From assembly GCA_900088475.1 (NCBI GenBank), contig FLMG01000742.1:3508-67507 (forward strand): 64,000 nt of DNA. The letters run 5' to 3'. Below the pieces are notes generated by a model. It worked only from the letters and a program-made list of their open reading frames with translations, was not told where the DNA came from and searched no databases. Shown piece by piece: positions 11,744-23,800 of this stretch. A program made the position numbers and the translations under genes. Position 1 is the stretch's first letter. Each line of letters opens with the position of its first letter. This DNA is from Hyphochytrium catenoides (Eukaryota; Protista; Hyphochytriomycota).

Positions 11744-14700
11744 CTACGAGGTGCCCGGTTGCAATGCACTGCCTAGCCCTTGGCGCGTGGTGGCTGCCCC
11801 TTTTTCTCCTGGCCCATCGAGGGTTAGGGAAGAAGGTGTCAGGGGAGTGTTTGGTAGTACGGCCTTTGGTGATGGTAGTGGAGGCAGTGCTCGCCGGCCA
11901 TCGATCTTTCCTGGAGATGAGGAGATGGGCCTCTCCACTTCAGCACCCTTGCTGTCGATGGATGCTCTCAGTTCCTTGCTAGCTGCTGTCGCTACGACTC
12001 GTTTTTTAGATCCTCCACTAGCTTGAACGGTGCCGTCACCTCGGGCACTCTTCTTCTTGGCCCGTCGTCCGCTACCAGTGATGCTACTGATGGATGAGGT
12101 CAGAACTATGAACTCGTCCGGCCAATATATGGTAGAGACCAGGGTCCTAATAGTGAATATGACTATGGTGAGCAGAGTATCCAATGTGTAGCTGCCTGCT
12201 GTCCACGACCACGTGCTGTTTAGAATTCGGACAGTCTCGAGCTTGTGTGGGTCTCTTGCGTAAGACTCCGTGAGATACACCAGAGCCCACAGCTGAACTA
12301 GAAAGTGCCCGAAGACAACATAGCTATAGGTTCTCCGCAAAAAGAGATCCCCAAAGAAGCAGTCCGCGAATGGTACGATCCCTATGTACATGCAGATGAC
12401 ACCAATCACCGGGAGGAGTCTATTATGGGAAGTACATTTTGCAGAAAACGGTTGCGGGATGGCTTCGTCAGTATCAACCAAGGACAGGTTCAGGACCAGA
12501 GAATGAAGTCAAAAGGATCGAAGGAGATTGAAGAGATACAGCTAAGCTATCAGGTGTAACACCCACTAGATGGAAGTGGTAATCATTCATTTGCTCGTGC
12601 TCCCTGTACTGACCTTGAATCCCATCGTAGAAGAACGCCTGAGAAGATGAGGAAGGTGATTCCAAGATAGAGCAGATACCAGGTCTCGAAGTAGAAGAGG
12701 AGCTTGTAGGAAATGATGACGTTCGCGTAGCGCAGCCACATTGCACAGAATATGGAGAGGGAAAGTGCCAGGGAAGTTACTCGGAACTCAAAGCCTGGGT
12801 CCCAGATGACGGTCGACAGAGACAGCATTGTGGTGACCACGCAAAGCGCATGCATAAGGGTGCGCGAGCCATCCAGAAACTTTCTCAGTCCGAGGATGGT
12901 CTCTTTGTATGGATCCCTTGCTAGCGGACCCTTCTGCGTCAGGACTAACAAAAGATCTTTCTCGGCCTCCATGACAAATGAGCGGTCAAAGTAGCTAATG
13001 CTTTCGTCAGCTATGATAAGGTACCTACAAGATCAGAAAACGTAAGACGTAAGAAGGGAAACTGAGAGAGTGGCCCTGACCAAACGGGAACGAAAAATGG
13101 TGCATATGAGAACCAGACAGCCCAGAAGATGAGATAGGTAGATGGGGCAAAAAGACAGAGGCAGTGTCTTAAGCATTTTAGAGAGTTACTTGTGTCTGGA
13201 GGGGAGATGGGGTGCAGAACACCCCTGCTGCTGGCAGGGCACAAGGGTCAGAGATTTGGAGACAGTAGAAAGCGGCAGACAACTGTAGGGACCCCACTGG
13301 TGGCCAGACCGCTGCTGCTCGGGCAGCACACCTCTTCTTCTCTTTCCCACTATGAAAGCTTACCTGTTTTTTGGGGCTATCAACTGCCTAATGTTATCAA
13401 GAGGAGGAACCAGGTTTCCTCCGACTGGATCTGCTTGTTGGGATCTATTGCTGGTGGCCAGGCTTAAAATTCCGGAGCTCTGTTGCTCAAACCTATTGCT
13501 GCTATCGATGGCTGGAGAAGACGACGCTGCCGTTGTTTGTAGGAGGGGTGAAGGCTTTGAAATTGAAGAGGAGGAGAGAGCGTCTGCTATTTGACTTTTG
13601 CGGTCAACAGGGGCACCATTACTAGTACCATCCCGGCCATCGCTCTTCCTCTTGTGTTGCCTTTTCTGTGCAGCAACTTCTTCTTCTCTCTTCCTGACCT
13701 TCTCAGGTGAATCGCCTGTGACTCTCTTGAAGCGGATGGGGCACCGGATAAGCATAAATCTGTTCGTCGCATAGAAGCCATTGGCGGTATAGCGCAGCGA
13801 GAAGATTGTAGCAGTGAAGAGGGCGTTGGAGGCGAAGACCCGAGGTCTGACTGGAATGCCCCAAAGTTGGATTGCGTCTACCTGAGTGCCTTCATACGAA
13901 GACAGCTGGAGGATAAGCCCTAACCTGTAGAGAAGGAGGAGAGTAAGGTGAGTGTGGTCACAACGACGTTAAGACATAAGTCAGTGCTTGGGTTTATGGA
14001 TGAATATATGGCAGGTAAGGGCAAGGACATTTGCACTTGCTGATCAAACTTAGAGATCTGGGAAGGAGAATAATATAACATGAGGTAGGCAGGTTAAGAG
14101 ATAGATGACCAGCCATCGAATTGGTGATATCAGACACCCAGATGGCGATAGCATTGTTATAGACGGTAGTGGACGTAGCCAAGTGTCTATCAACCCGTGG
14201 CAAGAGTAAGACGGTCCTACTAATGCATTAGACGCCCACTGGCGTGGCATCATAAGCTCGGCGTACCTGCAATATACGAAAGCAGACAAGAAAGCTGCGC
14301 AGATGAAAAACGCCCTTCTCACTTTGGTTCTGTTTGTTTTCAACGGATGTCCATCCAGTGAATAGTTGTATAAGGTGCACCAGAAGGCGTAGGAGGCTAT
14401 TGTCGAGAACCTCCAATCCCATTGTAAGCCTAGCCCCAGCGCATAGACTACCGGGATGACCTGTGGGATAAGGTACCGAAACTCAAAGGAGCTCCAAACC
14501 ATGGAAAGGATCGGATAACTGAAGTCTGGTACAGCGTTCAGCATGACTGAAAAGGCTAGCACTACAGAAAGAAGGCCGAACCACGGACAGAGAGGATGTT
14601 CAGGCAGTTCTATAGCTGCCCAAAAGATGGCTTCGCTGGATATGAAGAGGACCGGAGACAGAAGGTCGATCATCTTTTTTAATCGAGAACCGCGGTAACA

Positions 14701-15108
14701 GTTGAAGTACCAGCGGCTCAGCCAAGCAGGAAACAGAAGCCGGCTAACACTTTCGTCCGAGGAATACTCCGGTCGTCTCATTACTCCTGGCTCTAGCGTG
14801 TACCAGACCTTCTCCTCACTATTTACATACTTTATCTTGTCCTTCAGCTGGTACGGCCGCCTTTCCACCTCTTGCCTACTGTCTCGGACGTAGGTGAAGC
14901 TGGTAGTGGCCTCATCTTCCTCGCCTGCTAGTTTTTCAGCGAGGGCTGTAAGGTGCTCCTTCGCTTCATGCTGGGCGTACCAGCCACTGAGGCTTCGAGA
15001 CGGTGGACATAGTTCTCGGTCAGAACTTTTGTCCTCAGTGCTGGAGGCGCTCTCCTCCGGAGCGACCTTGTTGGAGGATAAGGTTGATGTTGACGGGCTC
15101 TTTCTCAT
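11744..15108 (-). CDS. 838-aa polytopic membrane protein with two homologous TM modules (5 exons: 15108-14267, 13924-13364, 13230-13190, 13010-12614, 12419-11744)
   Basis: All four introns are GT-AG with consistent phases, and the exons sum to 2517 nt (838 aa + stop). There are two runs of hydrophobic helices separated by a Ser/Lys-rich linker. Shared motifs: FEFRYL..LQWDWR..LD vs FETWYL..LRWDSR..AD, and TATIFSLR..F.LI vs TIVIFTIR..F.VL. Confidence 0.8.
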
Positions 15109-15913
15109 GGTGTGCCTCCTTGTCCTACTTCAAACATGATGCTGTTTGCCGAAGAATCTTTGAGGGTCCACATAGCCCGTGTTAGTGCTGCGGGAGGAAG
15201 CTCCACCGCTTGTCGGTGGCGGATGTCGTCACCAGCAAGCCTATTATCGCCCCCAGCAAGGAGAATTAACAGTGTAACACTACCCTCGCGGGCGAGAAGA
15301 TGAGCTATTGCCACTGCTCTAAAATTTGTCGCCACATTCACTAAAAGAGATTTCTTCTCCTTAGGCTACCGTTCTCCACCTCTCCTCTTCCATTGGTTCC
15401 GTAAAAAGATGTTGAAGGAGAAGATAAGCCAGCAGCGACTTAGGTCCGTTGCAAGCCCAACACAGAATTGGTACGGTAGCGGAGACGGTGGGTAAGGAGA
15501 GAGGTTAGAATGATTGCATGGCAATGCGACCGCTCCTCGATTGACGAAGCCGGTGTGGCTTTGACAGCTGCTTGTTATGAAGAAGCAGGCTCTTTGGGGC
15601 GATCTGACTAGCTCTAACTAGTGTCCGAGCACTATCCGAGTCTCTGGTGGCTTTTAGAGCAGAAGCAGCTCAGGTATTGGAGAACCAGCAGCTCAAGACG
15701 AGCAACCAGCAAAAGTGCGTCATGCAGAGCAGATGGTGTGCAATGTAATTGGGGCGGCGCAGCAGTGTCAATACCACCCTAAAGTTCAATCCAATAAAGA
15801 GGAAGGAGATGTTGCTAGTCTCCGGAGAAAAGATCAAGCAGCAGGTCCTTAATCCAGCCGCAGATGCACTAGCGGCACTGCTCACAAAAAGGTTGACCCG
15901 CCTAGAGCGTAAA

Positions 15914-15964
15914 AAGAGAGAGAGAGAGAGGGATAGAGAGAGAGAGAGAGGGATAGAGACAGAG

Positions 15965-15999
<35 letters not shown>

Positions 16000-16040
16000 G
16001 GGGGAGAGAAAAGAGAGAGTAGAGAAGAGGAGAGGGAGAG
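15914..16040. repeat. (GA)n microsatellite, imperfect
   Basis: Visible GA run. It generates spurious ERERER/SLSLSL ORFs. Confidence 0.95.
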
Positions 16041-16600
16041 GGTGCAGCAAAAGAGGAGAGCAGCAGCAGGTGGGAGGAGAGAAGTGGTCTGCCCGCTGGT
16101 GATGGGTTTGGGGCTTGGTAGTAAAGAGGAGGGTCTGCTGCTGCTGCTGCTGTTACTGACGTTGTTCCCCTCTTCTGCCTCTGTCTCCCTCCTCCGTAGC
16201 TCTCCCCCTCCTTCCCCTTTCTTCCCTGTGCGAAGCCGTTACAAGCTGTCCTTGGGACGAAATTGACTGTCAAATATCATCAAATATCGGTATAATTAAC
16301 AAAGGGTGATGGTTCTTCCTGAGTTTGAGGACAGTATTCACAGAATCAGACAATTGACCAATCGTCAAAACTTGATGCTTGACACAGATGTGAGAAAAAA
16401 AAGTGTTGTCTATTTTTTAATCGGACTGGAAGAACCAACCACAAAATTCATTAATTCACATTCTAAAGACTGTGAACAAAGCAGACACGAAGAGAAACTT
16501 CACCATGTGGGTCTTTCTGACCCGTTTTCCTGACAAGGTCCAATCTTTATGTCTTGTCTGTCTGTCCTGCTGAAATCATGCGCTCCCTGCTCGTGGGAGT

Positions 16601-16700
16601 TCTCTCTCTCTCACTCTCTCTCATTATCTCTCTCTCTCTCTCNNNNNNNNNNNNNNNNNNNNNNNNNNNNNNNNNNNNNNNNNNNNNNNNNNNNNNNNNN

Positions 16701-16737
<37 letters not shown>

Positions 16738-17024
16738 GTCTCTCTCTCTCACTGTTGTCATCTGCCTGTTATTGTCATCTGCCTCTCTCTCTTTCTCTCT
16801 CTCTCTTTTTGTTATATTGTCTCTCTCTTTGTTATCATCATCTGCCTCTCTGTCACTCCTCCTGTCTCTTGTCATATGCCTCTTTCTCTCTCGCTCTGTC
16901 TAAAGTCGTCTCCTTCTCTCTCGCCCTCTGTCTAAAGTCACCTGCCTCTCTGTCTCCTCTCTGTCTCTTCTCGTCGGCCTCTCTTATATCTCTTTCTCTC
17001 GCATTCCTCTCTTCCGTTCCTCTG

Positions 17025-17072
<48 letters not shown>
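16601..17072. repeat. (CT)n microsatellite field with an assembly gap (16643-16700)
   Basis: Pure and degenerate CT runs flank 58 Ns. Confidence 0.95.
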
Positions 17073-17075
<3 letters not shown>

Positions 17076-17419
17076 ACAAAGTGAGACAGAGCTACTCTTC
17101 TGCTTGATGTCTTCCCTCTGCTGATGAGTGGGCCCCAAGTTGAAGGAGGAGGGCCTTGAGCTGTTGGTCTCTGTCCTCGCGCTGACCGGACGACACTATC
17201 ATCACTACTCATCCTGCCCTGTTGATACGATCAAGCTGCGGGGTAATACAAGGACACTGCCGGCGGCTGGAGGGGCACTAGGACACGTGCTAGAGACTGC
17301 GGTGCTGAGCTCCATTGCGAACAACAGCTTCTCCTCCACAGTCTCTCCTCACACTCCAGTCCAGGCGCTGGGTGATCCTGGAAGTTCAGCGTGGCCCTCT
17401 GAGCTCTTTTACCGCTTAG

Positions 17420-20400
17420 AATAGACTAGAGAAGAAGGAAAATGGGGACACGGTTGCTGAAGACAAGCGTCGAAGCTGCAGCTGTCGGCTGCGCTACTCT
17501 CTTCGTGGTCCCATCATTCACTCAGTCGGGTTGGGACAGTTGGAGTTCCTGAACCCGGGAGAGCTAGGAGTAGACAGCAAAGGAAGGATTCTCTTTTTGA
17601 GGAGAATGGATAGTCAGACCTCAGCAGGTACGAGGAGAGCCATGCACCTTATTAGGAGAAGTCGAGGGAAGGGCCGGTGGGCTTTGAAGAAGAGCGGTAC
17701 CTAAGTTGTAGGACGAGTGGGCACGGAAGAGTCATAAGAGGATGAACTTCGTTCCGTTGACATGGTGATCGAGGAGGAGCCCTAAGGCCTCATGAGAATA
17801 AAAGCTAACCAGCCGACGATGAAAAGAGATAGAAAGGGAGATAGACAACCGAGAGATTAGAAAGACAGGACCAGAAGGGGAGAGGGATAACGGGTAAGGA
17901 GAAGCTTAGAGCAATTCCAAACTTCAAATTAGCGAAGTTAAGAGCAGAGGTTGACTGTTTATCCTGCTAATAGGGAACGAGGACAGTGCCGTCACAGGCG
18001 ACTCTCCGACGGGTTGCAAGGTGAGCCTGCCCTAAAGCGATACACGTTTAGCTCGTGACGTCCATCTAAAGTAGTGGACCTTCCGTGGTCTTCAGGGAGA
18101 TCATGCTTTTCTCTTGGTATCGTGACTCCACCCTCTTGCATATATGCTATTGCGGTCTTCTTCTTATGTCATAGGGACCTCTTTTGGCCGTTCTTCTCTC
18201 TTTCTATCCGTTTTGTCTCTATGCTAACGTCTCTGGGTCTCTCCTGGTAGGTGGTCAACCTAGGACATCGGATCTTAATACCTGGCTTCATCGACGGACA
18301 TACTCACGCGCCTCAGGCTTCCTTTGCGGGCCTCGGGATGGAGCTTCAGTTACTCGATTGGCTTAACCAGTTCACGTTCCCAAGGGAATCAAGGTGAGCG
18401 CGCAGTTTCGAATAGTGAAAAGGATATGCTTGCCTTCCTCACTCTTGGAGCGCTGGTCGTATTGTGCTTTCATGCGCTTCATAGGTCGGCATTGCTGCCG
18501 TCTCTTCTGGGCTTCAGCCTGTCGTTACGGTTTCTCCTGCCTATTTCCTCCAATTGATCTTTGTAAACTATGTTTGAATGGCGACCCCTCCTGTCGTAGG
18601 CTTACCCTCCTCATCAGTAAACAAACTTCTCATCTCTTCTGCTCTCCTTTCCTGCCTCGCTCAGGTTCTCTGACCTCAAATACGCGGAGCAGGTCTATAG
18701 AAAGGTAGTGAAGCGTCACATCGCTTGCGGCACTACCACCTGCTCGTACTTTGCCACAATCCACCTAGAGGCCTCCAAACTTCTCTGTGACATCGTTAAA
18801 GAATATGGACAGAGAGGATTTATAGGAAAGGTCAATATGGATAGGAACTCTCCTGACTATTACGTCGAGGAGACGAAGAAGAGCATTGAGGACACGGAAG
18901 CTTTTGTCTCTTATGCTTTGGCGGAGGAGAGAAGAGATCTCATCACCCCTGTCATCACTCCCCGGTTTGTCCCCAGCGTGACGCCAGCATTGATGACCGC
19001 TCTTAGCAACATATCCAAGAAGTTTGACCCTGTTCTTCCTGTCCAGTCACATATGGGAGAGAATCCACGTACGCCAATTAACGCGTATCTTCTCTATCCG
19101 GAAGTCTTTTTCTTGCTAGGCTTTCCGCTCAGCGTTCGTCTCTGATGCATGAGGCTCCATGTCGACTTGTGCGGAAATTTCCTCTCTGGGCCCGGTCCCG
19201 CAAATCGATTTCTCCTCTTGTTCTCTCCCTCACCCGTCTCCAAGCTAACTTCATCGCTGCACCGCAGGGGAATGCTCGTGGGTCCTGCAACTGCACCCCG
19301 AGTGCAATTCGTATGCAGATGTCTACGACAAGTATGGACTCCTTCACCATCGCACCTACATGGCCCACTGCATCTACTGCTCAAAGGATGAGAGACAGCT
19401 GCTCGCTACCAGAGGATCTGGAGTTATTCACTGTCCAAACTCTAATTTCCACCTAAGCAGCGGGGTGTTGAATGTAAAGAGGATGATCGCTGAAGGCGTA
19501 AAAGTTGGTGAGTTTGCAAATAGATTGCAAGACGAAACAAGAAGTCAAACAGTTTGAAGGAGGGGCTCTTGGTTTGTCCGGAGTAGGAGTAAGAACGGGT
19601 AAAATGAGGCTGGGCCTGTGTTCGACGAAAGGGAAACTAGATAAAGTTCTTATGATTGATCTCGTGCCTACTTGCAGGACTGGGAACCGATGTGTCTGGA
19701 GGCTTTTCATCATCCATTTTGGACGCTATCCGCAATTCTCTGACAGCGTCAAAACTTGTCTCAATCAATCATGGTGAGCATGAGTCATCCTTTACCGGGG
19801 CCTCGAGGCAGCAACATGGGGCCCCCTTGCCAGTCTCTCTTCCTCTTTAGTTAACGCTTTCGCGGTGACGTCCGTTGTTACACATTCCATAATTCAATAA
19901 TGCTGGCTAAGTGCCGAGCGTCTAATCTGTGCCCGCTCCCTGGTGCAGATAGTTTGCCAGAGGCTGCAGCAGACGGCAGCCCAGGAGACTGGGAGAGTCT
20001 TACCGTGGAGGAAGCCTTCCACCTTGCCACAGTTGGAGGGGCGGAGTGTCTGGGTTTAGAGGATCAAGTAGGCAACTTTATGGTAAGCGAAGGTGCCTAA
20101 TCTTACAGTGCTATCAGGGTATCACTGTTTCTTACAAGGATGTATGTTCTTTCCTTTGGTGTTGCCAAGTATCAGCTCTTATTGCGTTTTGGCTCTCTTC
20201 CGTCCCTTGCAAGCTCTTCTTGCTCTTGCTAATCTGATCTTCTTCCGACCTTCGCAGGAAGGAAAGTTCTTTGACGCTCTTGTGATCAACGCCCGAGTGC
20301 CAGACAGCCCGATTGACCTCTACGAAGAGGACAGCACATATGACGAGTTTCATAAATTTCTTTTCAATGGAGATGATAGGAACATTGAGCAGGTTTACGT

Positions 20401-20425
20401 CGCTGGGCGGAAGATAAAGGGCTAG
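17420..20425 (+). CDS. GDA: Guanine deaminase (amidohydrolase superfamily), at least 8 exons; start codon unresolved
   Basis: Spliced motifs in order: LRGPIIHSVGLGQLEFL..LGVDSKGRI; IPGFIDGHTHAPQ (HxH); LLDWLNQFTFPRE; GTTTCSYFATIH; GKVNMDRNSPDYYVE; PVITPRFVPS; VQSHMGEN; MAHC; HCPNSNF; GLGTDVSGG; LATVGGA..GNF..GKFFDALV; GDDRNIEQVYVAG. The metal/catalytic His, Glu and Asp residues are intact and the introns are GT-AG. Confidence 0.93.
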
Positions 20426-20820
20426 GACCAGCAATAGGGCACTAGGTGAGAAAAGATAAGGCCAGAGGGTGTTGGTATGGCGGACAGGACGCTCAAATAT
20501 ACAGCCATCACAAGCTAGCTTTGGCTGCAAGTGCATCTGCATCAGACTGACGATTGTGACGGCCCGAAGCCATAAACATGTGAATAGCCACATGACATGC
20601 ACTCCAAGCCATGACATAATAGAGTAGATAAACTAAAAACAACTAGAAAGGGTGTAGGTAGCGTTACTAAAAATATATAAAGCTAAGTTGTAAACACATC
20701 TATCTATTTATCTCTCCTCCTATCCACTGCCAACAATGCCATATCTACGATTGAGAGATTAAGCAGAGTAGAACAAAGAAGCCAAGGCTTCTCAATCATG
20801 CTTCCGAATCAATGGCATCT

Positions 20821-23800
20821 CTAGACCACCACATCCATGATGAGAGCCACACCCGCTAGAATCCACCTCGCGGGTGGCGATTTGGTCTTCAGCTGGGCTG
20901 TGAAGACGTAAGTCGGGCCTCTTCTCTCTGTCTTATAGCAAGGGCACTGATAGTAGCCCTTATCATCAGCCTTATCTGTAGAAATAGCCTTGCAAAGCAC
21001 CACTGGCATCTTGCAGAACATTTCCTTTGGCAACGCACGCTGTACAGAGCCAACCTTAGCGTCCCATCGCGCCCCTTGAAGAGAGAGGCCAAAGATATAA
21101 GCACCATCTCTGGATGGTTGATCTATGCCCTCCGGCATCTTGTCTGTCACGTCCGTAAGAATCATCAGTTTATCCAGCTCCCAGTGGTTGCGCTGAGCTG
21201 AGACCTATAGAGGTAGCCGTGAGTACTAATGAGGTAGCAACCTAAGGGCAGAGGGACTTCCTCTTGAACAACAACATTGTAGAGATTAACGATTGAACCG
21301 CAAAAAAGAGGATGATAGAATGTAGAACAGCAAGCTCTGTGTAGGAGAGAATGTCATGTCATTAGCTAAACAGACCAGACGGCATACCTGCATGATTGCC
21401 GTGAGGAATGACTGCGGATTGATAAGCCCAGAGATCCAAGTCACTTTGGGAATCTCAGATGGATTGGAGCACCACTCTTCCAGCTGTGCTAGCCGACTGT
21501 TAAAGTCCAGCAACCAACTCCCAAGAGGACGAAGGGATGGCCAAGAGCGCTTGGTCCATTCTGGTATTGCAAGAGGAGGGTGGTCACAAGGAGGTAAGAC
21601 TAAGGCCCATCGAGAATCTAAGGGAGGTAAAGAGCAAGGACACAACCGCAAGAGGGAAAGCAAAGTAAGAAGGGTTTACCTGCCGGCACTCTGTCTAGAT
21701 AGAGTGATTCTACAAGAGCGTCCATAGCATCCGACATGGTAAGCTCTCCTTGAAAGCCCAGGTTCAGCTCGTTCAGAGAGCGCACAATCTCAGCCAGAAG
21801 GACGTTCATCTGATCACACTCTTGCAGGAACACATTCTGGTAGGGTCCAACTTCGTCCAGGCCGCTAAGAGTAGTCGGGTTTTAGGGGAGCGGTGAGTGG
21901 AACAGGATTGAAGAAATATACTATGCTACTGGGTCCTCCCATCAGATGCGGAACAGAATCAAACCAAGGATCCTCGAAGTTTTAGTCGCGCGGAAGAATC
22001 TTCATGAGAGTGACTGGTAATGGTATGAGATGCGAAAAGATGTAGGAAGTGGCATAGGGAGAGAGAGCCTCCTTACCGAGCCACATCATCTGTATCAAAC
22101 TTCTTCTCTCCGAACCGCTCTAAGATATCCTTTAGCGCTTGCTCTGCCACCACTGAAGGAGAATTGCCTCCCTCCACTGCATCAAAGATAAAGCGGATAG
22201 AGGGGGATTTACATTGTGCATGTCAGATAAGGGGGAGAAGTAGGAGTTTGATCGCCCCTTTGTGCTTTACGTTGGGACTCTTACCTGACGCTCCCTTCTC
22301 TCGCGGCTGCAAATCCATTAAAGTCCGAAACATATTCTCACTCTGAGTTGTTCTGAAATCTATCTCGGCGTTTGGATGGAGCCCAAAGGCAACTGGTGTC
22401 TCTTGTTTTAGCTCTGTGTCTATGTGCTCTAAATATTTGTCATAGGAGGTAGCAGGCGGAGACACGAAGGAGTTGCCCTGCAACCGGCGAGATGATAATG
22501 ACGACAGAAGGCATAGAGTCAGCCAGGTATTATGTAAGGGACAGCTCTTCTTCTTCCACTATCTTAGGGTTGGAGCTGCAGGGTAAAGACGTCGAGGTGG
22601 GAGGACTAGGAGCTAGAAGATGAAGACCGATGTCGGCGCTCCGCTATTGATGATGCCAAGACCGTACCTTTTCATCTTCCGCAAATGGGAAGAGCTCCGT
22701 CTCATCCAGCAGCTCGTCCTTCATATAAAAGTCGAGGTACGTGTTCGCGAGCAGCCGATCGAAGTCGTTGACGATATGTCCTCCATACATGATCTCTCCA
22801 AAGATGTACTTCAGGTCCGCCCAAGGGATCTTACCGCCTGCACTACTCTCAAGGTAGTTGCTGAGACACACAGCGCTATCTCTGCTCATAATGGGGGGCA
22901 GAGGAAATAAGCATGGAAGGATGGTTACTGCAAATCAGACCCAATCGCTGTCCTTGTTAGGGTCTACTGCCTCAGGGGCTACGAACGATGAAGGCACAGA
23001 AAGCAAGGCGTACCTCAGGTCTCCGAGGGAGAAAGGGTACATCATATTGAATCCCAGAGGACCGTACATCTTCCTTTCCATCACGCACGCGTGAAAATGG
23101 CAGAGACCAAAGAGAATCGACTTCACCTAATGAAGAACAAGTAAGCCAGGATTATTCTAACAAATGGTTCTCCGCCGGCAACAACCATGCTAGCTAGATG
23201 ACTCACAAACGACAGATACGTGATGGAGGTATACCGAAGCTTCAAATTGCTAACAACGGGGAGATAGAAAATGACGTCGGGTCAGTTGCGAACCTTGGAC
23301 TCAGCTTCGTCGATGTAATCCTTGGGGAAAGAACAGAATGCTCTCTTTAGGTTGGCCTTCAACCCAGACGGAGGCTCCTGCGTCAGCTTGATGCACCTAT
23401 TTAGGATGCCGATCGGAATAGTCTTCGAGGGGTCTGTACATTATAGTAGTATCACGTACATAGAAGACCCGAAGTGGGCAAAACGGTCAGGAAAAGTGAT
23501 ATTTATCTTCGCTAATAATTTTCCCTTGTCTCCTGACCTGAGGTGAGAAAAAGTCTAAATCGCGCATGAGATCCCTCCGTGATGAAGTCGTCAAGCTTCT
23601 TTTCTAGCTGAATGAGCCACCTAGGCATTAGATGGATGTTGTTCAGGATCACCCAATGCCCTTGTCGATGAGCGACCTGGACCAAAGGGGTACCATTAGC
23701 CACGGAGACACGGGAAAGTTAAGAAACGCATACACCTACCTCAAGCTTCTCCATGGCAATAATGTCTTGGCCTTGGCCCATTGACACATTATGGTAACTC

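Noticed and set aside
16250-16538. AT-rich segment bounded by CCTTG..CAAGG as a MITE
   Set aside because: The terminal match is only about 5 bp with weak extension, and there is no TSD.
15670-17212. ERERER/SLSLSL ORFs (also 51122-51838 and 59255-61750)
   Set aside because: These are products of GA/CT microsatellites, which lack stop codons.
17825-17890. Similarity of a guanine deaminase intron segment (agacaaccgag..cagaagggg) to the reverse strand of the 62-63 kb repeats
   Set aside because: The matches are short words in purine-rich low-complexity sequence and the spacing differs.
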